The position numbers and the translations under genes are program-made. The notes below the pieces were generated by a model. The model was given only the letters and a program-made list of their open reading frames with translations. It did not search any database and was not told where the DNA came from. From an uncultured Pseudomonadota bacterium (GTDB lineage Bacteria; Pseudomonadota; Gammaproteobacteria; Burkholderiales; Eutrophovitaceae), in NCBI GenBank assembly GCA_937983055.1, contig CALJLA010000068.1, positions 784 to 64,783 of the forward strand: a stretch of DNA of 64,000 nt. Reading direction: 5' to 3'. Position 1 is the stretch's first letter. Each line of letters begins with the position of its first letter. Shown here piece by piece: positions 48,607-56,446 of the stretch.

Positions 48607-49904
48607 CTTCACGACGCGAGTTCCTTGGGTACACGGGCGCTGTCGCGACCGCAGTGGGTACGGTAGCCAACGGGGTAAACGCCCAGGAAGCGCCGCGGGC
48701 TCCGGTGGCAGGAAACAGTTCCTCGTATCGGCCTGTGAGAACCCTCAACGGCTGGACGCTGCCATACACGATGAAAAACGGCGTAAAAGAGTTTCACCTG
48801 GTCGCCGAGGAGGTCGAGCACGAGTTCGCGCCGGGCAGCCGCGCCAAGTGCTGGGGTTATAACGGCACGACGCCGGGCCCGACGATCGAGGCTGTCGAGG
48901 GCGACCGGGTGCGCATACTCGTTACGAACAATCTGAAGGAGCACACGACCATACACTGGCACGGCCTGATCCTGCCGAGCGGGATGGACGGAGTCGGCGG
49001 CCTTAACCAGCCGCACATCAATCCGGGGGAGACCTTCGCCTACGAGTTCACGCTGAAGCAACACGGCAGCCACATGTATCACCCGCACGCGGACGAAATG
49101 GTGCAGATGGCTGTCGGCATGATGGGCATGTTTATCATTCACCCGAAGAACGGCGAAGCGGTACCTGTCGATCGCGACTACTGTTTCCTGCTGCACAACT
49201 GGGCAATGCACCCGGGTACGTACCGGCCGGACCCTGCGATCATGCAGGACTTCGATCTATGGACGTTCAACAGCAAGGTTTTTCCGGCTATTGACCCGGT
49301 GGTCGCCCGCACCGGCGAGCGTGTGCGGGTGCGCATGGCCAACCTGTCGATGTGGAACCACCCGATACACATGCACGGCGTGCAGTACTGGGTGACCGGG
49401 TCCGACGGAGGGCGCTGGCCGAGAAGCCAGTGGCGCACGGAAACGACGGAAATCGTCGGCGTCGGCCAGATTCGCGACATCGAGTTCGTCGCGGTGCCGG
49501 GCGACTGGGCGTTCCACTGCCACATGGCGCACCACACGATGAATGCGATGGGCCACGACGTCCCGAACCCGATCGGCGTCGACCAGCGCGGTATAGAAAA
49601 CGAGATCAAGAAGATTCTGCCGGGCTACCTAGCGATGGGCGAATACGGCATGGCCGAACACCAGGACCACATCGACATGGGTCATCACGGCGGCCCGCGA
49701 AACACGCTGCCGATGATGACCGGCAAAGGTCCGTACGGAAATATCGAAATGGGCGGCATGTTCACGACCGTCAAGGTCCGCGACAACCTGGCGCGCAACG
49801 ATTTCAGTGACCCGGGCTGGTATGAACCGCCACAGGGAACAGTTGCGTACCGTATCAGCGAGGACCCGGAGTTTGGAACACCACACCGGCGGAAGCCGGC
49901 CTGA
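48603..49904 (+). CDS. multicopper oxidase (compact, Tat-exported)
   Basis: Tat signal SRREFLGYTG, with HWHG, HPHADE, HPIHMHG and HCHMAHHTMNAM copper ligand motifs. ATGA overlap with the TolC-like gene. Confidence 0.85.
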   Translation: MTSRREFLGYTGAVATAVGTVANGVNAQEAPRAPVAGNSSSYRPVRTLNGWTLPYTMKNGVKEFHLVAEEVEHEFAPGSRAKCWGYNGTTPGPTIEAVEGDRVRILVTNNLKEHTTIHWHGLILPSGMDGVGGLNQPHINPGETFAYEFTLKQHGSHMYHPHADEMVQMAVGMMGMFIIHPKNGEAVPVDRDYCFLLHNWAMHPGTYRPDPAIMQDFDLWTFNSKVFPAIDPVVARTGERVRVRMANLSMWNHPIHMHGVQYWVTGSDGGRWPRSQWRTETTEIVGVGQIRDIEFVAVPGDWAFHCHMAHHTMNAMGHDVPNPIGVDQRGIENEIKKILPGYLAMGEYGMAEHQDHIDMGHHGGPRNTLPMMTGKGPYGNIEMGGMFTTVKVRDNLARNDFSDPGWYEPPQGTVAYRISEDPEFGTPHRRKPA

Positions 49905-49975
49905 TGAATTGGGTGCCGAAAAACCCAACTGGATTGGGGAGCCGATGCCCGGTTTCAAGACAAGCGAGGTGAACT

Positions 49976-50488
49976 ATGAACAAGATGTACGCACGTAGAT
50001 TATCGAATTACTTGGCAACGCTGGTACTCGTCCCGTGCTTGTTTGTGTCGGCTGAACTGCGGGCCGATTCCACGGACGAGTCACGCATCGTCGAGATCAT
50101 CGATGCGATAGAGCGGGGCTGGGAGACCGCGGACGGTACGCCGTTTCGGGAGCATTTTCTCGATTTCGATGGCGCCCGATACATAGAAAGCGGCGGCCAG
50201 AACGCCGGCCTGAGCGATCTCATCGACAATCATGTCGAACCGGAAGGCGACGCGCTCGATTCGCTGGAGCTGAACTTTTCGAACATCGAGGTGCATTGGG
50301 AGGGGCCCTTCGCCTGGGCTGTCGCCGATACGGAAGTGATCGCCGTCGTCAAAGCCGACAAGCGGCGCATTCACAATCGTGGCTATCAGACATTTCTGTT
50401 TCGTGCCGTCGACGACGACTGGAAGGTAATTCACACGCACAGCTCGTCGCGACCGGTCAAAAAAGAGGGCGACAATCATGAACACTGA
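49976..50488 (+). CDS. exported SnoaL/DUF4440-like (NTF2-fold) protein with C-terminal NHEH
   Basis: Signal peptide, and the pattern IIDAIERGWETAD...WKVIHTHSS typical of DUF4440/SnoaL-like proteins. The tail reads EGDNHEH. Confidence 0.55.
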   Translation: MNKMYARRLSNYLATLVLVPCLFVSAELRADSTDESRIVEIIDAIERGWETADGTPFREHFLDFDGARYIESGGQNAGLSDLIDNHVEPEGDALDSLELNFSNIEVHWEGPFAWAVADTEVIAVVKADKRRIHNRGYQTFLFRAVDDDWKVIHTHSSSRPVKKEGDNHEH

Positions 50489-50566
50489 AGTTCGGCGATA
50501 TGTGTGACGAGCCTGTTCGGAACCTAGCCAAGCCGTCGATGCAGCAGAACTCGAGGAGGGCAACGA

Positions 50567-51166
50567 ATGAGAAACAAGCCCAAGCAATTGAGTAGCCCAT
50601 CCGGGCTGACGGCCGTGTCGGCCGCCTTCGTGGAACACAGCGCGTTCCTCAGGAAGTACCTGGCGCGCTACTTCTCGGATCGGCAGGATATTGAAGATGT
50701 GGCGCAAGAGGCCTATTTGCGTGCCTACGTCGCCGAGCAGCAAAAGGACATCGAGCAGCCGAAAGCCTTTCTCTTTCGTATCGCGAAGAACGTTGCGCTT
50801 ACGAAACTGACCAGGAAGTCAAGACAAATCACCGATTATCTTGAGGAAACGGGCGCTTCGCTGGTTATAGACTGTGAAAGTTCCGCGGAACAGGCGGCGA
50901 CGGCCGAAGAATCGCTGGGCCTTTACTGCGAGGCGGTGGCATCGCTGCCAGACAAGTGCAGGCAGGTATACTTGCTGCGCAAAGTCCATGGCCTGGCTCA
51001 CAAGGAGATTGCGGAAAGAATGTCCCTGTCGGTAAGTTCAGTGGAGAAGTACCTGCTGCGCGGCGTTCTGGAGTGCCGGGCGTTCGTGCTGGCTCGTGGA
51101 GGCGATGAGACATTGGTAGGCAGGAATCAGGGTGTACCGACCAGGTGCAAGAAGGGTGCGCAATGA
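50567..51166 (+). CDS. ECF sigma factor (FecI-like)
   Basis: Region 2 (DIEDVAQEAYLRAY; FLFRIAKNVAL) and region 4 (HKEIAERMSLSVSSVEKYL). Confidence 0.85.
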   Translation: MRNKPKQLSSPSGLTAVSAAFVEHSAFLRKYLARYFSDRQDIEDVAQEAYLRAYVAEQQKDIEQPKAFLFRIAKNVALTKLTRKSRQITDYLEETGASLVIDCESSAEQAATAEESLGLYCEAVASLPDKCRQVYLLRKVHGLAHKEIAERMSLSVSSVEKYLLRGVLECRAFVLARGGDETLVGRNQGVPTRCKKGAQ

Positions 51167-52290
51167 CTGACCGAATTGTCGAGTTTCCCGATCGCCGCGC
51201 AATTGCCGAGGAGGCTGCGACATGGCTGATTCGCCTGGATGCCGACGATGCGCCGACCCAGGTAGACATCGCGGCGCTTCAGGAGTGGCTGAGCCGCAGT
51301 CCCGTGCATCGCGAGGAACTCCAGAGCCTCGCGGTACTGTGGGAAAAGATGAACGTCCTGACCGAGCTTGCTGTGCCGCTGGCCAGGCCCGCCGGCCAAT
51401 CGGCGAGCCATACTCGATTGTTGTCTGTGCAGGCTGCGCTGGCGTCAGTGGCATTCGTCGCATTTGTGATATCGATCGGGATTGCTGCCCTGTTCTGGCA
51501 AAGCACGTCATCTTTTCACGAATCGAACGGCCTGTTCGCGACCGCGATCGGCCAGCAGCAGACGACAACACTGTCCGACGGCTCCGTCGTTGTCCTCAAT
51601 ACCGACAGCCAGATCGAGGTCAACTATCATGCAGAATTCCGCGACATTCGCTTGCTGCGTGGCGAAGCGCATTTTACGGTTGCTGATAACAGCGACCAAC
51701 CGTTTCGTGTATTCGCCGGCACCGGCCGGGTGCAGGCGATTGGCACGGCATTCTCTGTGTATCTGAAAGAACAGAGCATTGATGTAACCGTTACGGACGG
51801 TCGGGTTTCGTTGGCTACACTAAACGAACACCGCGCCGCTAGCGGGTTGTCGACAGTTGTTGATCATGTGGAACCACAGGCGTCAGGATCGGTTGAGACA
51901 GAGATCGACGACTACCTCGAGGCGGTTGTAGCGCTGAGCGCCGGGCAAAGCGCGACGATAAAGACCGGTCCGGACTCCGAATCGAACGCCCGGAGTATTC
52001 AGGAAAGCGTGCGGACGATCCCATCTCAGGATCTGGCCAAGAAACTGGCGTGGCGCGATGGCATGCTGTCCTTCGCAGGAGATCCACTGGAATTGGTCGT
52101 CAGCGAGATCAGCCGATACACGCCAATCACGATCGAAATTGCCGATCCGGCAATCCGTGCAACGCGCATCGGTGGGCAGTTTCCGGTCGGACAGACGGAG
52201 GCCATGTTCGACGCGCTCGAGGCAAATTTCGGGTTGCGTGTTACGCGTTTGAGCCGTGATCGTGTCGTGCTATCTGCCGCAAACGAGTAA
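51163..52290 (+). CDS. FecR-family anti-sigma factor
   Basis: The N-terminus AATWLIRLDADD...LQEWL, one TM segment and a periplasmic FecR domain. ATGA overlap with the sigma gene. Confidence 0.85.
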   Translation: MTDRIVEFPDRRAIAEEAATWLIRLDADDAPTQVDIAALQEWLSRSPVHREELQSLAVLWEKMNVLTELAVPLARPAGQSASHTRLLSVQAALASVAFVAFVISIGIAALFWQSTSSFHESNGLFATAIGQQQTTTLSDGSVVVLNTDSQIEVNYHAEFRDIRLLRGEAHFTVADNSDQPFRVFAGTGRVQAIGTAFSVYLKEQSIDVTVTDGRVSLATLNEHRAASGLSTVVDHVEPQASGSVETEIDDYLEAVVALSAGQSATIKTGPDSESNARSIQESVRTIPSQDLAKKLAWRDGMLSFAGDPLELVVSEISRYTPITIEIADPAIRATRIGGQFPVGQTEAMFDALEANFGLRVTRLSRDRVVLSAANE

Positions 52291-52411
52291 CACCGGGTCG
52301 TCGAACGATACGGAGCTGCGTCCGGCTCGCCAGCCGCGGACCTTGTCGCGTCTGCACATCGACGGCTGGCGAACGGTCAAGAACCCTGGTTCCTGGGCTC
52401 GCAGAGAAAAA

Positions 52412-55400
52412 ATGTTCAAGTTTTATTGCGGCTTTCCGGTCCTCGGTAGTTATCTGATTGACAAGTCCGATCGGGTACATCGACAGAGGAACTGCGTGTC
52501 CGGACGGGTTGTTGGGGGAACGCAACATCGGGCTGCCCGCGTGACGCGATGGTTGGCGAGTTGGCTGATGGTGGCCATGCTGAGTACCGCGAGCATCGCC
52601 GCCGAGCCGTCCGGTGAGCCGTTGTTTGACATTGACATACCGCCCTTGAATGCGGCGGAGGCGTTGAACCGCCTTGCCAAACAAACCGGCGCAATCATGC
52701 TTTTCCCCTACGACCTGGCTGAATCTCGACAAGCCAACGCAGTATCGGGTCGATATTCGTTGAGCGATGCTTTGGAGCTGCTCCTGCGGGACTCGGGACT
52801 CTCGAGCGGACTGTCGGACAAACGTGTGATTCAGATCTACGTTGCTGAAGAGACAGAACGTGACACCGAGGTGGGGGACGACATGAATACGAGAAAGAAG
52901 ACAGGTTTGGTAGCGATGCTGGCGAGCGTGTTCAGCGTCAGTGCGAGCGCACAGGATTCGGGGACCCTGGCGGGCGATGGCAATACCGTCGAAGAAGTGG
53001 TCGTGACGGGCAGTCGCATTGCCCGAAAAGACCTCAACAGCGTCGGGCCCATGACGATAATCGGCGCTCCGGAAATCGAAGCGACGGGCGTCACGTCGCT
53101 CGAAGTGCTGCTGCAGCGACTACCGTCATCGGCTGGCTTTGGCGGCAATCAGACATCGGCGTACTGGGTGTCGAACGGCTGGGGTACGCCACAGATCAAC
53201 CTGCGGGGCATGGGCATCAACCGCACGCTGGTTCTGCTGAACGGAAGACGAATCGTCGCCGGCGGGACCGGTGCGAATACCTCCGTGGATCTGAGCATGA
53301 TCCCGGTTTCGATCATCGAGCAGATCGAGGTGCTCAAGGACGGCGCATCGGCCATCTATGGCGCTGACGCGGTCGCCGGCGTTGTCAATATCATTACCAA
53401 GAAGAACTTCGAGGGCGTCGAAGCCGCGGTCAAGGCCGGTGCGGCGTTCGAGGGCGATGGCGAGGAGTTACAGCTCGACCTGACCTGGGGCGTCACAAAC
53501 GAACGTGGCAGCCTGATGGCCAACATCAGCTATCAGGATGCAGACGAGGTTTACATGCCTGACCGTGTCGACTGCCCCCGGTCCGAGGTCAATGGCCAGC
53601 TCGTTTGCTTCGGCAGCAGCAGTACTACGGGCGGCCGGGCGCTCTTGCCCGACGGAACGCGCATAAACTTCAACCAGGATCCCAATGGCAGCGGTGACGA
53701 TTTCGCAATTTACGATCCGTTGATTCACAACTTCGACTTCAATCAGTCGTTCAACGCCGTCAATCCCCTGGAACGCCTGTCGTTTTCGGCATTCGGCAAT
53801 CACGAGTTGACGGACCGGGTCGGCATATTCGGCGAGGTCATGTACACAAATCGACAGACCGACCAGCCTGCCTCACCGACCACTATCAGGAACATCTTTT
53901 TCGACGCCAGCCACCCGACCAATCCGACCGGCGAGGACGTATTCCTGGAAAATCGGCGCATCGCCGAAAGTGGCGACCGGCAGTTTTTCCAGGAAACAGA
54001 TACCTGGCGCGTGGTTGCCGGGCTCGATGGCGAGTTCTCCGATACGTGGAGCTGGGATGTTTCCTACAACTGGGGGCGCAATACCGGTATCGATGGCTCA
54101 ACGAACATCGTCAATCTGCTAAGGCTCAACGAAACGCTGGATACCTCGATCTGTGGAACGGGCGGTATCCCCTGTGCCGATATCCTGGGCCTCGGCGACG
54201 TAACACAGGAGGTCATGGACTACATTCTGTTCACGATGGTCGGTACCGGTGGCAACGAGCAGACGAGCATCTCGGCCAACGTGTCGGGCGAATTGTTCGA
54301 TCTGCCGGCCGGCCCGGTATTGCTCGCCGCTGGCTACGAGAACAGGAACGACAAGGGCTGGCGCAACCCGGATTCACTGGTAATTATTGGCGCCGCCAAT
54401 ACGAATGCGGCCGACCCGATTTCGGGTACGGTCAAGTCCGACGAGTTCTACGTGGAAGCGAGCTTGCCGATTCTCGTCGATGCGCCGCTTGCCCGAAACC
54501 TCAACCTCGACTTGGCGTTTCGATTCTCGGACTATGAAACCTTTGGCAGCGACGACAACTTCAAGATCGGCCTCAACTGGCAGATCATTGATGATCTGAA
54601 GATTCGTGCGAATCTGTCGACCGCGTTCAGAGTGCCGAACGTCAATGAACTGTTCGGCGGCGTCGCTGAGGGCAACCTGACGACGACCGATCCATGTTCG
54701 GGCTGGAGCGATCTGGATCCCAGTAACGTCGTCTACCAGAATTGCCAGGCCGACGGCGTTCCTGTGGGCTTCATGCAGCTCGGCAACACGATCCTGACAA
54801 CGGTGGGTGGCAATACTGCGCTCGAACCCGAGAGTGCCGACACGTTTACTCTTGGAGTCGTCTATGAACCGTCGTTCCTGGAAGGTCTGGCGCTGACACT
54901 CGACTACTATGACATCGAAATCGAGGACGCGATTACGCAAATTCCCGGTTCGACCAAGCTCGATGTTTGCTACAACACGCCGAATCTTGCGCATGAATTT
55001 TGTTCGCCAGCGCACTTTACGCGGAGCTCGTTGAGCGGAGACGTCAATTTCCTGTCGGCGCAACCCGTCAACTCGGGGCTGGAAACCATCAAGGGCATTG
55101 ATTTCGGGCTGACCTACAACTTCGACCTGATGGATTTGCCTGCTGCTTTCGATTTCAAGACGACGCTGTTGAACGAGTACGAGATCACGCCGTTTTCCGG
55201 TGCGGCACCTATCGTTCTGGATGGACACATTGGTGGCGGTAACGGAGGCTATTCTCGTTTTCGCTCTTACATGTCGCTGAATGTCGGTGCGGAAAGATGG
55301 GGCGGAACCTATTCCGTACAGGTCATCGGTGATGGTGACGACTTCAATGCTGAGCCACCAGCGATCGGTGCGGAGATCGATTCCGTTGTCTACCATTATT

Positions 55401-55573
55401 TGCAGGCGACGTATGAATTCTCTGACAGCATGCGGCTTGCAGTCGGAATCGACAATCTGTTCGACGAGGGCGCCCCTTACGTCGCGTCCTGGACGGATGC
55501 CAATACCGATACGATGACCTACGACCTCACCGGGCGGCGTGGCTACGCTCGGCTGACGTACCGCTGGCAGTAA
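52412..55573 (+). CDS. TonB-dependent transducer (STN signalling domain + plug + 22-strand barrel)
   Basis: STN region (IPPLNAAEALNRLAKQTGAIMLFPYD) and plug (VVVTGSRI...IEVLKDGASAIYGADAVAGVVNIITKK), with a C-terminal barrel ending TYRWQ. The start is uncertain. Confidence 0.85.
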   Translation: MFKFYCGFPVLGSYLIDKSDRVHRQRNCVSGRVVGGTQHRAARVTRWLASWLMVAMLSTASIAAEPSGEPLFDIDIPPLNAAEALNRLAKQTGAIMLFPYDLAESRQANAVSGRYSLSDALELLLRDSGLSSGLSDKRVIQIYVAEETERDTEVGDDMNTRKKTGLVAMLASVFSVSASAQDSGTLAGDGNTVEEVVVTGSRIARKDLNSVGPMTIIGAPEIEATGVTSLEVLLQRLPSSAGFGGNQTSAYWVSNGWGTPQINLRGMGINRTLVLLNGRRIVAGGTGANTSVDLSMIPVSIIEQIEVLKDGASAIYGADAVAGVVNIITKKNFEGVEAAVKAGAAFEGDGEELQLDLTWGVTNERGSLMANISYQDADEVYMPDRVDCPRSEVNGQLVCFGSSSTTGGRALLPDGTRINFNQDPNGSGDDFAIYDPLIHNFDFNQSFNAVNPLERLSFSAFGNHELTDRVGIFGEVMYTNRQTDQPASPTTIRNIFFDASHPTNPTGEDVFLENRRIAESGDRQFFQETDTWRVVAGLDGEFSDTWSWDVSYNWGRNTGIDGSTNIVNLLRLNETLDTSICGTGGIPCADILGLGDVTQEVMDYILFTMVGTGGNEQTSISANVSGELFDLPAGPVLLAAGYENRNDKGWRNPDSLVIIGAANTNAADPISGTVKSDEFYVEASLPILVDAPLARNLNLDLAFRFSDYETFGSDDNFKIGLNWQIIDDLKIRANLSTAFRVPNVNELFGGVAEGNLTTTDPCSGWSDLDPSNVVYQNCQADGVPVGFMQLGNTILTTVGGNTALEPESADTFTLGVVYEPSFLEGLALTLDYYDIEIEDAITQIPGSTKLDVCYNTPNLAHEFCSPAHFTRSSLSGDVNFLSAQPVNSGLETIKGIDFGLTYNFDLMDLPAAFDFKTTLLNEYEITPFSGAAPIVLDGHIGGGNGGYSRFRSYMSLNVGAERWGGTYSVQVIGDGDDFNAEPPAIGAEIDSVVYHYLQATYEFSDSMRLAVGIDNLFDEGAPYVASWTDANTDTMTYDLTGRRGYARLTYRWQ

Positions 55574-55587
55574 GGACACGGGTAGCG

Positions 55588-55613
55588 TGCGGGGCGGCGG
55601 CTGCCGCCCCGCA
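55588..55613 (+). terminator. GC-rich hairpin after the receptor gene
   Basis: TGCGGGGCGGC-ggct-GCCGCCCCGCA, an 11-bp perfect stem with no clear T-tract. Confidence 0.45.
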
Positions 55614-55681
55614 GTGAGCGAAGTGCGCTCTGCTGCGTGGGTACCAAGCGTGAGTCACACAATGCAATCAGGAATAAAATC

Positions 55682-56446
55682 ATGAAAGCGCCGTTTCTTG
55701 CGCGCAAGGCCCACAAGTGGCTCGCATTGATTGTCGGTATTCAGGCCATGTTCTGGATGGTCAGCGGCGCTTACATGGCAACGGTGGACATCGACTTCAT
55801 CCATGGCGATCCCCTGGTCAAGAACGTCGTTGAGCCTGTCGGAAAGGATCTGGCCGAGCTCTATCCCATGAGCGACATTCTCGAACGATATCCGCAGGCC
55901 ACCCGGGTTCAGTTCATAGCGCGACGCGGCGACCCGCACTATATCGTCAAGACTGCGCAGGGCAGTACCCTTCTGGACGCCACAACTGGAGCGGAACGCA
56001 CGCCGATCGATCGCAGTGAGGCCATGGCGCTGGCCACGCACTACTACGCCGGCGATGGCGAGATCATTGCTGCTGTATTGCTTGACGACAGTGATGCCCG
56101 GCCAACCGAGATCCAGTCACGGCCATTGCCGCTCTGGCAGGTGCGATTCGACGACCGGATTGAAACGACTTTCTATGTATCGCCGACGACAGGAGAGCTG
56201 ATTACTCGCCGCCACACATTCTGGCGGCTATACGATTTCTTGTGGATGTTCCACATCATGGATTACGAGAATCGAACGGACTTCAATAATAATTTACTCA
56301 GAGTGGCCGCGTTCGTCGGACTCCTGTTTGCGTTGACCGGTGTCTGGCTCCTGTTCTACAGCCTGAAGAAGCGCCAGCAGGCGGTCATACCGGTCGATGA
56401 CTCGAACATTGGTGATAGAAGTGATCTGGTTCCGAAGACTCCATAA
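55682..56446 (+). CDS. PepSY-domain membrane protein (PepSY_TM-like, 2 TM)
   Basis: N-terminal AHKWLALIVGIQAMFWMVSG helix, a periplasmic domain of about 170 aa, and a C-terminal FLWMFHIMDY...TGVWLLFYSL helix. Confidence 0.65.
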   Translation: MKAPFLARKAHKWLALIVGIQAMFWMVSGAYMATVDIDFIHGDPLVKNVVEPVGKDLAELYPMSDILERYPQATRVQFIARRGDPHYIVKTAQGSTLLDATTGAERTPIDRSEAMALATHYYAGDGEIIAAVLLDDSDARPTEIQSRPLPLWQVRFDDRIETTFYVSPTTGELITRRHTFWRLYDFLWMFHIMDYENRTDFNNNLLRVAAFVGLLFALTGVWLLFYSLKKRQQAVIPVDDSNIGDRSDLVPKTP

